Positions 18,087 through 29,143 of a stretch of 64,000 nucleotides of DNA are shown in pieces; within the stretch, counting starts at the first letter, position 1; each line of letters begins with the position of its first letter. Below the pieces are notes generated by a model. That model made no database searches. It had not been told where the DNA came from and saw nothing but the letters and a program-made list of their open reading frames with translations. Both the position numbers and the translations under genes were made by a program. Source of the stretch: Pseudomonadales bacterium (lineage in GTDB: Bacteria; Pseudomonadota; Gammaproteobacteria; Pseudomonadales; JAHEIH01); NCBI GenBank assembly GCA_035458985.1, contig DATHYR010000011.1:23491-87490 (forward strand), given 5' to 3'.

Positions 18087-18565
18087 TCCTTGCTATGCCC
18101 CAAAAAACGCTCAGCGAGTACCAGACCTTCACGCATGGCACTCGCTGCAGCGGTCACCTCTAACAAAAACGTGATCAAGGCGATAATTAACGCCAGCATG
18201 CAAAGGACAAATAGTCCGGCTATGACTTCACCAAGATTCGTGCTTAAAAACTGGCTGACAAAAATAGTAATAATGACGACACAGACCATCAACGCGCTAC
18301 TCGTCGCAAAGGTGATAGCAATATTGATGTAGCGCCCACGTCGCTCCAGACTTGACAACTCTTTATCTAATAGCGCGACTTGTTGCGGCGACAGTTGGCG
18401 GCGATCATTGCCATGCAGACGTCGACTACGATCGATCACGCGACCAAGCCGCGTTGTCATAACACCCAATAATGCCGCTATACCTGCCAACAAGAAAACC
18501 GGCGCCACCGCCACCTGAATGACCGAAGAAATAGCAAGATTGCTTAGAGGAAGGTCGTTGATCAT
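18083..18565 (-). CDS. DUF2721-like membrane protein
   Basis: N-terminus ISSVIQVAVAPVFLLAGIAALLGVMTTRLGRVIDRSRRL, a central coiled segment, and two C-terminal TM helices. Confidence 0.55.
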   Translation of the reverse strand: MINDLPLSNLAISSVIQVAVAPVFLLAGIAALLGVMTTRLGRVIDRSRRLHGNDRRQLSPQQVALLDKELSSLERRGRYINIAITFATSSALMVCVVIITIFVSQFLSTNLGEVIAGLFVLCMLALIIALITFLLEVTAAASAMREGLVLAERFLGHSKD

Positions 18566-18621
18566 GTCGGTCTCAAGTTAGGCAAAAGAGCAGTGTAATG
18601 CCGATCAATTAACCCAGCAAC

Positions 18622-19185
18622 TTACCCCTTCATTTTGGCGCGACGAATTTTCGCATCGGCTTCCATCACATAGTGAATCAACGCCTCTTCGTCGGCATGG
18701 CCTACGCCTTCAAAATTTAGCCGCCAACGATAAGCCTTTTTAAGATTGTCACAACCCACAACACGCGCCAATAACACTAGGCGGACATCTTGAGTCAGCA
18801 GGTGAAAACGGACCAAGCTCCCTTTTTCAACCGGCTCCTCACAGGTTATCGCCGCACCACAGGCACTCAAATTAATTCTCTGCACAACACAGGCAATGGT
18901 GTCATTGACGTCCAATTTCTCACCATGCTCGGCAATAACCAGGTTGAGTTTTTGATTGACCAATTTGATCAATTCAGCCGCCACGGGATCTTTGCTTTTA
19001 AGCGTATTGAGTAAGGTGCTGATACGCGCATCAAAACTGGCATTAAAGACATGCTCACCCCCTCGAGCCAACATTTCGCGATGACTTTCCGCTTCATGTT
19101 CACTCAATACTTCAACGGCCACGGGGGCCTCTGTATCAACACGAAAATAGCGTCTACGTTCTATTCCACCAGGTCCATGTGGCAT
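18622..19185 (-). CDS. PilZ domain protein with a ~90-aa insertion between the c-di-GMP binding motifs
   Basis: RRYFR (RxxxR) at aa 11-15 and NLSACG (D/NxSxxG) at aa 105-110. The ATG directly abuts the motB stop (TAG-ATG). Confidence 0.7.
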   Translation of the reverse strand: MPHGPGGIERRRYFRVDTEAPVAVEVLSEHEAESHREMLARGGEHVFNASFDARISTLLNTLKSKDPVAAELIKLVNQKLNLVIAEHGEKLDVNDTIACVVQRINLSACGAAITCEEPVEKGSLVRFHLLTQDVRLVLLARVVGCDNLKKAYRWRLNFEGVGHADEEALIHYVMEADAKIRRAKMKG

Positions 19186-20184
19186 CTAAAACACCTCATT
19201 AGGGTTTAATTGAAATAACGGTCGAGTATCAATTTCTAGGTCTCGTAATACATCGGGGGCATCGCGCCGCAACAAATCAACATCCGCTTGATCGACATCA
19301 TTCAAGCCCTGCTGAATGACAATTTCCACCCGTCGATTGATTGCTCGATTCTCCGTATTGTCATTTGCCACTAGCGGATGTGTATCCGCCAAGCCAGTGA
19401 CAGCCACACGCAAAGGGGAAAGGCGGCCTGAATCGAGTAACTCCATGGCGACCGATGAGGCCCTTGCACTACTGAGATCCCAATTTGAGCGAAAGCGCGC
19501 CGTATTAATGGGGACGTTATCGGTATGCCCTTGGATGGATATAGCGCCCGGTTGATTGACCAATACGTTGCCCACATTGCGAAGCACCTCTCGATATTCT
19601 GGCGCCAAGTCGGCTGAGCCGCTGGCAAACGAGCCGCGCTCTTTAATTCGCACAATTATCTTCCTACCACGTGTTTCAATTTCTACTTCACCACTGGCAA
19701 TCTGAGTCATTAAAGCTTGGGCTAATTCCATCGCATCTTGCTCAGTTTGCTTAACCATCTCTTCCAGTTTAGCCCGGATGTCGTCTTCTTGCTGAACGGT
19801 CAGCGAAGTCTGCACACCCGCTTCATCGTCCTGCTGCCCTTCCTCGACTTCCACTTCGCGGGCACATTCAAAATCTAACGTGGGGTCGAGGTTTGCATCG
19901 GTTTTCTGCCAAATCTCATTGATCGGTGTCGGCTCGGGACGGCCTGGAGAAAACTCTTGGGCTATCACAGAAGTCCCTTTGGGCGGATCGACCGCATAGA
20001 CTTGTGCTTGCACACCAAACGCCATTTTCATGGAACCTGCCAATCGCTTGAATTTCATAGCATCCATTTCAGAAAACGACAGCAACAAGACGAAAAAGCA
20101 CATCAACAATGACATTAAGTCAGCAAACGTCCCCATCCAGGGAGGCAGACCCGCTGGCGGGCATTTACAATCTTTGCCCGACAT
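19186..20184 (-). CDS. motB: Flagellar stator protein MotB/PomB family (OmpA-like C-terminal domain)
   Basis: N-terminal TM with the conserved Asp (TFADLMSLLMCFFVLLL). C-terminal OmpA-like segment (GHTDNVPI...NRRVEIV). Confidence 0.85.
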   Translation of the reverse strand: MSGKDCKCPPAGLPPWMGTFADLMSLLMCFFVLLLSFSEMDAMKFKRLAGSMKMAFGVQAQVYAVDPPKGTSVIAQEFSPGRPEPTPINEIWQKTDANLDPTLDFECAREVEVEEGQQDDEAGVQTSLTVQQEDDIRAKLEEMVKQTEQDAMELAQALMTQIASGEVEIETRGRKIIVRIKERGSFASGSADLAPEYREVLRNVGNVLVNQPGAISIQGHTDNVPINTARFRSNWDLSSARASSVAMELLDSGRLSPLRVAVTGLADTHPLVANDNTENRAINRRVEIVIQQGLNDVDQADVDLLRRDAPDVLRDLEIDTRPLFQLNPNEVF

Positions 20185-20948
20185 TAGTCATCCTCGCTTG
20201 CGCGTTGATTACTTGGCAGGTAGTTCTTCAACATGGCATCGATAATTTTAGGGTTTTGTCCCGCCTGAATACCAATAAGACCATCGATCATCATGCCCTT
20301 GCTTAGTGCCTCTTCCTTAGAGCGAAGCTCTAACTTATTCGCAATCGGAATGGCCACCATGTTCGCAATCATGGCCCCATATAGGGTGGTTAACAAAGCC
20401 ACCGCCATGGCTGGACCGATGGCTTTTGGGTCATCCATATTCGATAACATGGCTACCAAGCCAACCAACGTACCAATCATACCCATAGCAGGCGCGAGAT
20501 CAGCCATGACACGAAAGATCTTCACGCCGCTGTCATGACGATCTATGGTTTGATACATGTCAGTTTCTAAAAGATTTCGAACCACCGAGGCGTCGTGACC
20601 ATCGACTAATAATTGAATGCCATAGGCAAGAAAGTCGTTGCTTACCTCCTTGCCCTCAAGGGTCAATAGCCCACCTTTACGAGCAGAATCGGCCAATCCA
20701 ACTATTTCAGCGATCAATTCTAATGGCGCTATCGACTTCACCACAAAGGCTTTGCCGGCGACTTTTAGCGCGCCTAAAAATTGTGAAAGCCCAAAGTTAG
20801 CCATGGTGACAAGAATGGTACCGACGACCACGATCAGCACCGACGTCAAATCGCCAAACATGCCCAACACACCGTTACTTGAAAGAAACATTGCCACTGT
20901 GACAATGATAAAACCGCCGACAATACCGACTAGCGTTGCGAGATCCAC
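20184..20948 (-). CDS. motA: Flagellar stator protein MotA/PomA family
   Basis: A 254-aa four-TM MotA/TolQ/ExbB-type channel (APAMGMIGTLVGLV, LLTTLYGAMIAN). GTG start with an AAGGAG SD. There is a 1-nt overlap with motB (TAATG). Confidence 0.85.
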   Translation of the reverse strand: MDLATLVGIVGGFIIVTVAMFLSSNGVLGMFGDLTSVLIVVVGTILVTMANFGLSQFLGALKVAGKAFVVKSIAPLELIAEIVGLADSARKGGLLTLEGKEVSNDFLAYGIQLLVDGHDASVVRNLLETDMYQTIDRHDSGVKIFRVMADLAPAMGMIGTLVGLVAMLSNMDDPKAIGPAMAVALLTTLYGAMIANMVAIPIANKLELRSKEEALSKGMMIDGLIGIQAGQNPKIIDAMLKNYLPSNQRASEDD

Positions 20949-20996
20949 ACTGACTCCTTGGGTGTAGGCATTGAGTAATAAGACTAGTACATGGAA

Positions 20997-21024
20997 CTAT
21001 CGGCAAGTTTTATAATTACTGAAT
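20997..21024 (-). promoter_or_regulatory. Candidate sigma28 (FliA)-type promoter upstream of motA
   Basis: The minus strand reads TTCAGTAA-N11-GCCGATAG against the consensus TAAAGTTT-N11-GCCGATAA. The -10 element is good and the -35 element is weak. Confidence 0.35.
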
Positions 21025-21076
21025 TGACCCACTTCAAATGCTCGGTTATGGTTCTGCCCACACACGAGGTACCTAT

Positions 21077-21331
21077 ATGAGCGACGACAAACAAGCCCTA
21101 GATTTCGAGCAATCTCTGCAACAATTGGAAGCCTTGGTGGAAGCCATGGAAAACGGTGATCTTGGGTTAGAAGAATCGCTGCAAGCCTTTGAAAAAGGTG
21201 TTGCCTTAACTCGCGCGTGCCAAGCGGCACTCGACAACGCAGAACAACGCGTCAATGTGTTGCTGCAAGAAAACGGCAAACCGGTTGAGCAACCCTTTGC
21301 ACAGGACGACCTGAGTGACACGCCCTTTTAA
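21077..21331 (+). CDS. xseB: Exodeoxyribonuclease VII small subunit
   Basis: [49 protein letters not shown] is a typical XseB sequence. Confidence 0.9.
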   Translation: MSDDKQALDFEQSLQQLEALVEAMENGDLGLEESLQAFEKGVALTRACQAALDNAEQRVNVLLQENGKPVEQPFAQDDLSDTPF

Positions 21332-22193
21332 AGACACGCTTCTCGACTGCCAAGCGCGCGTTCAACGCGCGCTGGAACATTTCCTCGATGATTACTTAAG
21401 CTCCATCGGTGGTGTTGAGACACGCTTATTGGCAGCTATTCGCTATAGTTTATTGGCGCCTGGTAAACGCGTTCGCCCTATGTTGGTTTACACCGCCGCT
21501 CAAGCGGTAGGCGATCATGACCCTTCAGAGGCCGACTGGGCGGCATGCGCGGTTGAATGCATTCATGCCTACTCCTTAATTCACGATGATTTACCCGCCA
21601 TGGACGATGATGACTTGCGTCGCAATCGTCCAACCTGCCATATTGCATTTGACGAAGCGACAGCCATACTCGCTGGCGATGCACTACAAGCCATGGCATT
21701 TGAGGCTTTATCTCGCACGGCACTCCCCATGCAAGCCGTAACCATTCTCGCAAGGGCTGCTCGCAACATGGTAGACGGTCAAGCCATAGATCAAGCTGCC
21801 ACTAATCAGATTCTAAGTCTTGAAGCACTGCAAGCCATGCACAGCGATAAAACTGGCGCACTCATTGTGGCAGCGTTAAAGCTCGGTGGCTTAGTAAGCG
21901 GCGCAAATCAACAGCAACTTGCCTGGCTAGAAGAATTCGGCCGCGCAGTTGGATTAGCGTTTCAAATTCAAGATGATATTTTAGACATCACCGCCACCAC
22001 CGAAGAATTAGGCAAACCGCAGAATTCAGATATCGAGGCGAATAAAGCTACCTACCCACGTTTTTTAGGGCTGCAAGGTGCACAGTCTGCACTGCAAGAC
22101 CAACACCAGCGGGCTATCGATGCACTTAGTGGATTTGACAATGCGATCGCCCTGAGCCAACTGGCTGATTACATTGTCGAAAGAAGACATTAA
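21315..22193 (+). CDS. ispA: (2E,6E)-farnesyl diphosphate synthase
   Basis: Two Asp-rich motifs, [16 protein letters not shown] and FQIQDDILD. The GTG start overlaps xseB, and the exact start is uncertain. Confidence 0.9.
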   Translation: MTRPFKDTLLDCQARVQRALEHFLDDYLSSIGGVETRLLAAIRYSLLAPGKRVRPMLVYTAAQAVGDHDPSEADWAACAVECIHAYSLIHDDLPAMDDDDLRRNRPTCHIAFDEATAILAGDALQAMAFEALSRTALPMQAVTILARAARNMVDGQAIDQAATNQILSLEALQAMHSDKTGALIVAALKLGGLVSGANQQQLAWLEEFGRAVGLAFQIQDDILDITATTEELGKPQNSDIEANKATYPRFLGLQGAQSALQDQHQRAIDALSGFDNAIALSQLADYIVERRH

Positions 22194-22252
22194 TTAGCCC
22201 TTCTTCACATGGGCGAATCGTATAAAGTACGGTAGAATCACTGTTTTTCTTA

Positions 22253-24133
22253 ATGACTGACATTATGTTTGATGCCATACCTGAACAACGCCCCTCGACG
22301 CCGCTGTTAGACGCCATTAATAGCCCGGCGGATTTGCGCGCGCTGGCAAAGTCACAGCTGCCTCAAGTGGCTAAGGAATTGCGAGAGTTCTTGCTTTTTA
22401 GCGTGGGTCAGTCTGGCGGCCATTTTGGCGCCGGCCTTGGCGTGGTCGAACTGACCATTGCCCTTCACTACATTTTTAATACCCCTGACGATAGGATCGT
22501 ATGGGATGTAGGTCACCAGTGCTACCCGCACAAAATTCTGACCGGGCGTCGTGAAGAGATGCACACCATGCGCCAAATGGGAGGACTCGCTGGCTTTCCT
22601 AAACGAGGTGAAAGTGAGTACGACACGTTTGGGGTAGGTCACTCCAGCACCAGTATTTCGGCCGCCCTTGGAATGGCGTTAGCAGCTCGCCAACAAGGCA
22701 TTAAACGACATTGCGTGGCTGTCATAGGCGATGGTGCGATGACAGGCGGGATGGCATTTGAAGCATTAGCCCACGCTGCACATACCCGCGCCAACCTGCT
22801 GGTTATTCTGAACGACAATCAAATGTCGATCTCTCACAACGCAGGTGGTTTAGCGTCTTATTTTGCCAAAATTTGGGCCAGTAAATTTTATACCCAGATC
22901 CGCGAAGGCGGAAAGAAAGTGCTGTCTAGCACCCCCTCGGTTCGCGCACTGGCCCGCCGTACTGAAGAACACATCAAGGGTATGGTGGCACCAGGCACAC
23001 TCTTTGAGGAACTGGGTTTCCACTACATCGGCCCTATCGATGGTCACAACATTGAAGACCTGCTCTATACCATTGGTAATATGCACGCCCTCGAAGGGCC
23101 TCAATTGCTGCACATTCAAACTAGAAAAGGCAAGGGCTTTAAACCCGCCGAGGCCGATCCCATTGGCTATCACGCTTTAAATAAGATAGCCCCCAAGCAT
23201 AGCAGCGCCCCTAAACGCCCCAAGTTTCAAGACATTTTTGGCCAATGGCTATGCGATGCCGCCGACGCTGATCCACTACTGGTAGGCATTACCCCGGCGA
23301 TGAAAGAGGGATCAGGGATGGTTGAGTTCGCCGACTGCTTCCCCGAGCGGTTTTTTGATGTGGCCATTGCTGAGCAACACGCTGTTACCTTAGGTGCCGG
23401 CATGGCATGCGACGGCAGCAAACCGGTAGTAGCGATTTATTCCACATTTCTTCAACGCGGCTATGATCAGTTAGTGCACGATGTGGCGATTCAAAATTTG
23501 GATGTGACATTTGCTATTGATCGCGCGGGCTTAGTCGGTGAAGACGGTCCTACCCACGCAGGCAACTTCGATCTTAGCTACATGCGCTGCATTCCGAATA
23601 TGATCATTGCTACGCCGTCGGATGAATGTGAAACACGCTTACTCCTACAGACGGCTTATGAGTATAAGGGACCTGCAGCCGTGCGTTATCCCCGTGGAAC
23701 AGGCTGCGGCGCCCAGCCGCGACTCAGTCTAGATACGGTAGACATTGGACGAGCGGTGCACGTGCACCAAGGTGATAAGAAGTTAGCTATTCTCGCGTTT
23801 GGCACGCTACTTCACCATTGTTTCTCGGCCGCTGAACAGCATGGCGCCGACATTTTTGATATGCGCTGGGTGAAACCCCTCGACACCGATCTGATCGACC
23901 GCTTAGCGTCCGAGGGATACACGCTGATCACCGTCGAAGAAAATGCCATTATGGGGGGAGCAGGAAGTGCCGTAAGCGAATATCTCCGCCACCGTCAATA
24001 CACTACACGACTCCTACAAATTGGCATTCCAGATCGGTTCATCGAACATGGCAAACCGACCGAGTTATTGGCCATCTGCCAACTAGATAGCGACGGTATT
24101 ACAGCACAAATTAGCCAATTCCTAGCGCAATAA
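22253..24133 (+). CDS. dxs: 1-deoxy-D-xylulose-5-phosphate synthase
   Basis: [19 protein letters not shown], the TPP motif [17 protein letters not shown]-like, and canonical xseB-ispA-dxs synteny. Confidence 0.95.
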   Translation: MTDIMFDAIPEQRPSTPLLDAINSPADLRALAKSQLPQVAKELREFLLFSVGQSGGHFGAGLGVVELTIALHYIFNTPDDRIVWDVGHQCYPHKILTGRREEMHTMRQMGGLAGFPKRGESEYDTFGVGHSSTSISAALGMALAARQQGIKRHCVAVIGDGAMTGGMAFEALAHAAHTRANLLVILNDNQMSISHNAGGLASYFAKIWASKFYTQIREGGKKVLSSTPSVRALARRTEEHIKGMVAPGTLFEELGFHYIGPIDGHNIEDLLYTIGNMHALEGPQLLHIQTRKGKGFKPAEADPIGYHALNKIAPKHSSAPKRPKFQDIFGQWLCDAADADPLLVGITPAMKEGSGMVEFADCFPERFFDVAIAEQHAVTLGAGMACDGSKPVVAIYSTFLQRGYDQLVHDVAIQNLDVTFAIDRAGLVGEDGPTHAGNFDLSYMRCIPNMIIATPSDECETRLLLQTAYEYKGPAAVRYPRGTGCGAQPRLSLDTVDIGRAVHVHQGDKKLAILAFGTLLHHCFSAAEQHGADIFDMRWVKPLDTDLIDRLASEGYTLITVEENAIMGGAGSAVSEYLRHRQYTTRLLQIGIPDRFIEHGKPTELLAICQLDSDGITAQISQFLAQ

Positions 24134-24301
24134 CGGGTTCGGGCGCCAACGCAAACGACATGGTGTCATTTAGAAAAAGCAGGACCTTGTTATTTCTAAG
24201 GTGATCAATGTCACCTGCTACCATCCCGATCAGCGATCAGAGGTGTTATCGCTTCGATACTGTTGCTACGTTCAAAACAATGCTAGAAATGACGCTTGGT
24301 G

Positions 24302-24889
24302 TCAGTCTAAAAGATGACCAAGCTTGCCTACCTTGGTGGCAAGGTACTTTTGATTATGAGAATTATGCCCCGTCTTTAAGGGCAAGCGCTCAGCCACGTG
24401 AATCCCTAAACGCTCAAGTGCCGTCACCTTACGAGGGTTATTGGTCATCAGTCTGACGTGCTTAACACCTAGATGCTCACACATCGTTAGGCACATGGTG
24501 TAGTCGCGCAGATCTGCATCAAAACCCAGGGCTTCATTTGCTTCAACGGTATCCGCACCTTCATCCTGCAGATGATAGGCACGGATCTTATTTAACAAAC
24601 CTATACCTCGGCCTTCTTGGCGAAGATAAAAAATGACCCCGCGGCCTACTTCGGCAATCGCCTGCATAGCGGCCTGCAACTGTGAGCCACAGTCACACCG
24701 CATACTGAACAGCGCATCTCCCGTGAGGCACTCAGAATGAATACGCGCCAATACAGGCGCTTCACCACTGACGTCTCCCATACTTAACACCACATGTTCT
24801 TTGCCGCTAACAAGATCTTCAAAGCCATGCATTTCAAAAACACCGAAGGGAGTCGGCAACTGTGAGGATTCAACAAAACGTACGCTCAA
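24302..24889 (-). CDS. ribA: GTP cyclohydrolase II
   Basis: [23 protein letters not shown] zinc/catalytic motif. 195 aa. Confidence 0.9.
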   Translation of the reverse strand: MSVRFVESSQLPTPFGVFEMHGFEDLVSGKEHVVLSMGDVSGEAPVLARIHSECLTGDALFSMRCDCGSQLQAAMQAIAEVGRGVIFYLRQEGRGIGLLNKIRAYHLQDEGADTVEANEALGFDADLRDYTMCLTMCEHLGVKHVRLMTNNPRKVTALERLGIHVAERLPLKTGHNSHNQKYLATKVGKLGHLLD

Positions 24890-24942
24890 GGCGGAGCACT
24901 CCGAGATAAAAGATCGATTTTAGCAGTTGTGGGTGGTATTTC

Positions 24943-25425
24943 CTACACGCTAATCACGCCGGATAAGGCGATAAGTTGTAGGCAAATCCAGGCAAAGCTA
25001 CCCGCCACGATATCATCTAGCATGATACCGATGCCGCCATGGACACGTTTATCCAGCCAACCTATCGGCATCGGCTTGAGAATATCAAATAGCCTGAACA
25101 GGACAAATCCGATCACCACCCAACCTATGCCCTGAGGGGCCGCAAACAGCGTCAGCCACATACCAACGAATTCATCCCACACAATACCGCTGTGATCGTG
25201 GACACCAAGATCTTGAGCCGTTTTACCACACAAATAAATGCCGATGACAGCCGACACGACCAGCAGGCCCAGGTAGAAGGGCTGTGAAAGGTCTTGCATG
25301 AAAAAGTAAGGTACCAATGCCGCTAGCGAACCAAAGGTACCTGGCGCCTTGGGTACCGCGCCCGATCCACAGCCAAACGCTAAAAAGTGGATAGGATTTC
25401 GCCAAACACTAACGGGAGTTGTCAT
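24943..25425 (-). CDS. pgpA: Phosphatidylglycerophosphatase A
   Basis: FGCGSGAVPKAPGTFGSLAAL motif. I chose the start at 25425 (MTTPVSVW...), which overlaps the end of thiL. Confidence 0.85.
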   Translation of the reverse strand: MTTPVSVWRNPIHFLAFGCGSGAVPKAPGTFGSLAALVPYFFMQDLSQPFYLGLLVVSAVIGIYLCGKTAQDLGVHDHSGIVWDEFVGMWLTLFAAPQGIGWVVIGFVLFRLFDILKPMPIGWLDKRVHGGIGIMLDDIVAGSFAWICLQLIALSGVISV

Positions 25426-26386
25426 CTGAAACCTCAAAATGTTGATATCCGCCGACGTGCACTGGGGCACCATCAAGAAAGACGCCGCTTCCAGCCTGGC
25501 AACGTCCAATTTTAGTCACCCGAAACGGTAGAGACAGCAGGGCCTCCACATGAGCCTCTGGGACGCAGAACGCCAACTGATAGTCATCACCACCTCGCGA
25601 AGCGGCATATAAGGCACGATCGCTGCTAGATAATTCTTTGACCACGGGATGAATGGGAATAGCTGAAGAATCAATCAACACAGCCAACTGACTACGCTTA
25701 GCAATATGGCCTATATCCGCTAGCAAGCCATCGGAAATATCCACCGCTGCTGATGCTATCCCCATTAAAGACTGTCCATAGGTGATACAACTTGCTGGCT
25801 CATAATACGCCGAAAGTAAGGCTTCAATACGAGGGTCTAAGGAGCCTTGTTGGTTGAGATAGTCCAAGGCAAGATGTGCTGCCCCGAGAGAGCCAGTCAC
25901 ATATATGCCATCGCCCTCTTTGGCACCATCACGCCGCAAGGCCTGACCGGCAGGCACTTCACCCATGACTTGAAGACTTAACGACAGCGGTCCTTGGGTC
26001 GTATCACCACCCACCAAGACAATGCCGTAATGCTGAGACGCCGCGGCAAGACCTGCGGAGAAGGCTTCTAGCCAAGCACTGTCAGGCATGGGCAATGTCA
26101 AGGCCAACGTGAAGCCCAATGGGCGCGCGCCCATCGCTGCCAAATCACTTACCGAGACCGCCAACGCACGCCAACCCAAGCGTTCAGGCGGTGCCGCCAA
26201 GGGAAAGTGTACACCAGCCACCAAGGTATCCACGGACACCGCTAACTGATAGCCAGGCGCAGGCGAAAGCAACGCGCAATCATCGCCAATAGATAAAGGT
26301 ATAGAGGGATTTAGGGGATTACCAGTCAGCGCCTGCACATCAAAAAACCGCGCGATCAGATCAAATTCTGACAGTGCTTGAGACAT
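25409..26386 (-). CDS. thiL: Thiamine-monophosphate kinase
   Basis: N-terminal SEFDLIARFF, AIR-synthase-like fold motifs, and synteny nusB-thiL-pgpA. Confidence 0.9.
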   Translation of the reverse strand: MSQALSEFDLIARFFDVQALTGNPLNPSIPLSIGDDCALLSPAPGYQLAVSVDTLVAGVHFPLAAPPERLGWRALAVSVSDLAAMGARPLGFTLALTLPMPDSAWLEAFSAGLAAASQHYGIVLVGGDTTQGPLSLSLQVMGEVPAGQALRRDGAKEGDGIYVTGSLGAAHLALDYLNQQGSLDPRIEALLSAYYEPASCITYGQSLMGIASAAVDISDGLLADIGHIAKRSQLAVLIDSSAIPIHPVVKELSSSDRALYAASRGGDDYQLAFCVPEAHVEALLSLPFRVTKIGRCQAGSGVFLDGAPVHVGGYQHFEVSDDNSR

Positions 26387-26402
26387 ACAGGCGCCTCACT
26401 AT

Positions 26403-26864
26403 TTAAAACGCAGGATTATCGGCGGCGATTTCAATAGCACGTGTTTGACGAGCTACTCTATCTAAAATACCGTTGATATATTTAAAACTATCGGTAGCAC
26501 CAAATTTCTTAGCGAGGTTTACCGCTTCGTTGATCGCTACTTTGTAAGGCACATCAATGCGCTGCATCAATTCATAGCTGCCAATGCGCAGCAAGGCCAA
26601 CTCAACGGCGCCAAGATCATCTTTATCACGATCTAAATGTTCCTCAAACAAACGATCAAGCTCACCAAGCATGTGAGGAATGCCGTGCAAAAGTTCACTA
26701 AAGTACTCGATATCGACATTCGACATATCATTATCGGCGCAAAATTCCACCTCTATTTGGGCGATACTTGCCCCTGCCATATGCCACTGATAAAGGGCTT
26801 GCATGGCATAGTGGCGCGCCTTATGGCGGCGCGCAGCCAAACGCTGTACGTCTTGTTTATTCAC
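26403..26864 (-). CDS. nusB: Transcription antitermination factor NusB
   Basis: ARHYAMQALYQW...; follows ribH directly. Confidence 0.9.
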   Translation of the reverse strand: MNKQDVQRLAARRHKARHYAMQALYQWHMAGASIAQIEVEFCADNDMSNVDIEYFSELLHGIPHMLGELDRLFEEHLDRDKDDLGAVELALLRIGSYELMQRIDVPYKVAINEAVNLAKKFGATDSFKYINGILDRVARQTRAIEIAADNPAF

Positions 26865-27338
26865 TTACAGTTTTCCCAGCAGACTAACCATTTCTACCGC
26901 AGAGATTGCCGCTTCTGCACCTTTGTTGCCCGCCTTAGTGCCCGAGCGCTCGATAGCCTGCTCAATGCTGTCAACAGTCAATACACCGAAAGTGACCGGC
27001 ACGCCGCTGTCCAGAGATACCTGAGCTAAGCCCTTTGTGCACTCGCCTGCGACATATTCAAAGTGAGGGGTGCCACCACGAATAACAGCGCCCAACGCGA
27101 TAATGGCATCGACATTACCTGCTTTGGCAATTTTCTGTGCCGCAATGGGCATTTCAAAAGCTCCGGGCACGCGAACAATGCGAATATTGCTGTCGGAAAC
27201 TCCATGGCGGCGCAAGGTATCCAATGCACCCTCCACTAAACTCTCCACCACAAAACTATTAAAACGACCTACCAACAAGGTATAGCGCGCGTCGCACGCA
27301 GTGAAATTACCTTCCACAGTGGTAACGTTTGAGACCAT
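26865..27338 (-). CDS. ribH: 6,7-dimethyl-8-ribityllumazine synthase
   Basis: [23 protein letters not shown]...VPGAFEMP...[16 protein letters not shown] is typical. Confidence 0.9.
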   Translation of the reverse strand: MVSNVTTVEGNFTACDARYTLLVGRFNSFVVESLVEGALDTLRRHGVSDSNIRIVRVPGAFEMPIAAQKIAKAGNVDAIIALGAVIRGGTPHFEYVAGECTKGLAQVSLDSGVPVTFGVLTVDSIEQAIERSGTKAGNKGAEAAISAVEMVSLLGKL

Positions 27339-27368
27339 GTTATTTACCCTTCTATTGTCGGCCGTAGC

Positions 27369-28031
27369 CTATTTCAAAAATCCGTGTTGCGCCAAGAACG
27401 CTGCATCAATCCCACCATGGGTAGCACTGTCTGCCGCCTTATCGCCCATTAATAGCCGCTCTAAATAGCGCGCCACCACATCCACTTCCAAATTAACCTC
27501 ACTGCCGACGCGATAACGTCCCATGATGGTCTCATCCATGGTATGGGGGATGATATTCAATTCGAATCTCGCACCGTCAACCTTGTTGACTGTTAAGCTG
27601 ACACCATCCACCGTGATAGAACCTTTATGTGCAATGTATTTGGCCAGACCGCGAGGGGCCTCTATCCAAAATCGCCATGACCGCGCATCCTGAGAAATAC
27701 TTCTCACCACACCTAAACCATCGACGTGGCCACTCACAATATGTCCACCAAATCGAGCCGTCGGCGTCATGGCTTTCTCTAAATTCACATGACTACCCAC
27801 CTTTAAATCACCTAGCGAGGTATATTGCAATGTTTCACCAGAAACGTCAGCCCAAAAGCCATCATTAAGGAGTGTAACAACGGTAAGACACGTGCCATTG
27901 ACCGCGATACTGTCACCAATCAAGACATCGGTCAAATCCAGCTTACCGGTATTGAGTCGCATACGCAGATCACCCCCCACGGGTTGCTGCTCTGCTACAA
28001 AACCTTTCGCTTGAATAATTCCGGTAAACAT
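27369..28031 (-). CDS. ribE: Riboflavin synthase (alpha chain)
   Basis: [10 protein letters not shown]...GDSIAVNGTCLTV plus the internal repeat GSITVDGVSLTV. Confidence 0.9.
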   Translation of the reverse strand: MFTGIIQAKGFVAEQQPVGGDLRMRLNTGKLDLTDVLIGDSIAVNGTCLTVVTLLNDGFWADVSGETLQYTSLGDLKVGSHVNLEKAMTPTARFGGHIVSGHVDGLGVVRSISQDARSWRFWIEAPRGLAKYIAHKGSITVDGVSLTVNKVDGARFELNIIPHTMDETIMGRYRVGSEVNLEVDVVARYLERLLMGDKAADSATHGGIDAAFLAQHGFLK

Positions 28032-29143
28032 TACCCCTCCTGCGGGATCGCTATGATCCGAGTATCATCGCCAAACTGGCGACGATCAACAATTTTTAAT
28101 GCCACCTTTTCTACCATGTGTGCCAGCGGCAAATCAAACAGCGGTCGGGCGCTACTCCCTAACAACACTGGCGCGATATATACGTGCAACTCGTCGATCA
28201 AGCCCGCCTCTAACATTGCCCCAGAGAGGGTTGCCCCTGCTTCTATCAGCACGTCATTACACTGTTCTTTATCAGCCAAATAACGCAATGCACCCTCCAA
28301 ATCAACCGCTTGCGATTGACCTGTGACCCGCACAACACGAGCACCGCTCTGACGCAGCTCATCGGCATTACGCACATCTGGGTTACTATATAAAATGAGG
28401 CAACGTCCATCCGTACCAATAACCCGCGCGCCTTTAGGGGTACACAAGCGGGAATCCATGACCACCCGGAGCGGCTGCAGGCGAGGGGTCGTAAAACGCT
28501 CATCAACGCTAAGTTCGCGCACGGTGAGCCTTGAGTCATCAATCAAAATAGAGCCGATGCCCGTGATAATGGCACAACTCTCCGCGCGCAGTCGTTGCAC
28601 GTCAGCACGGGCTGGTGGGCTGGTAATCCACTGACTCTCACCATTTGCCATGGCCGTGCGACCATCAAGACTCATTGCCAATTTACAGCGGACTCTAGGT
28701 AGCCCTGTGCGCATACGCTTAATAAAGCCCGCATTGAGCATGGCTGCCTGTGTTTGCATAAGACCGCTAAGTACTTCGATACCCGCCTCGCGCAACTGCT
28801 GATGGCCTCGGCCAGACACTTGAGGATTAGGATCTTCCATGGCAGATACAACACGCGATATACCCGCCGCGATTAACGCTTGACTACAAGGCCCTGTTTT
28901 ACCACGGTGACTACATGGCTCAAGGGTGACATACGCGGTTGCACCGCGCGCAGCATCGCCAGCTAACGCTAACGCATTAACTTCAGCATGTCCTTCACCG
29001 GCATACTGATGCCAGCCTTCAGCCAATACAACACCCTGTTTGACAAGGACACAGCCCACACGCGGGTTAGGAGACGTCGAGTATCGACCTCGATCTGCCA
29101 ACTGAATGGCACGAGCCATGAAGTGATGATCAGTCGACATCAC
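28031..29143 (-). CDS. ribD: Bifunctional diaminohydroxyphosphoribosylaminopyrimidine deaminase / 5-amino-6-(5-phosphoribosylamino)uracil reductase
   Basis: Deaminase zinc motifs HAEVNAL and [11 protein letters not shown], followed by the C-terminal reductase domain. Confidence 0.9.
   Translation of the reverse strand: MMSTDHHFMARAIQLADRGRYSTSPNPRVGCVLVKQGVVLAEGWHQYAGEGHAEVNALALAGDAARGATAYVTLEPCSHRGKTGPCSQALIAAGISRVVSAMEDPNPQVSGRGHQQLREAGIEVLSGLMQTQAAMLNAGFIKRMRTGLPRVRCKLAMSLDGRTAMANGESQWITSPPARADVQRLRAESCAIITGIGSILIDDSRLTVRELSVDERFTTPRLQPLRVVMDSRLCTPKGARVIGTDGRCLILYSNPDVRNADELRQSGARVVRVTGQSQAVDLEGALRYLADKEQCNDVLIEAGATLSGAMLEAGLIDELHVYIAPVLLGSSARPLFDLPLAHMVEKVALKIVDRRQFGDDTRIIAIPQEG

Noticed and set aside
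24134-24301. Hairpin AGCAGGT...ACCTGCT (about 24178..24219) as a bidirectional terminator between dxs and ribA.
   Set aside because: The loop is about 25 nt and the T-run is only 5 nt on the minus strand, with none on the plus strand. It is too weak to call.
24208-24456. An 82-aa plus-strand ORF between dxs and ribA.
   Set aside because: It overlaps the 3' third of ribA on the opposite strand, has no SD and no recognisable motif, and is most likely spurious.
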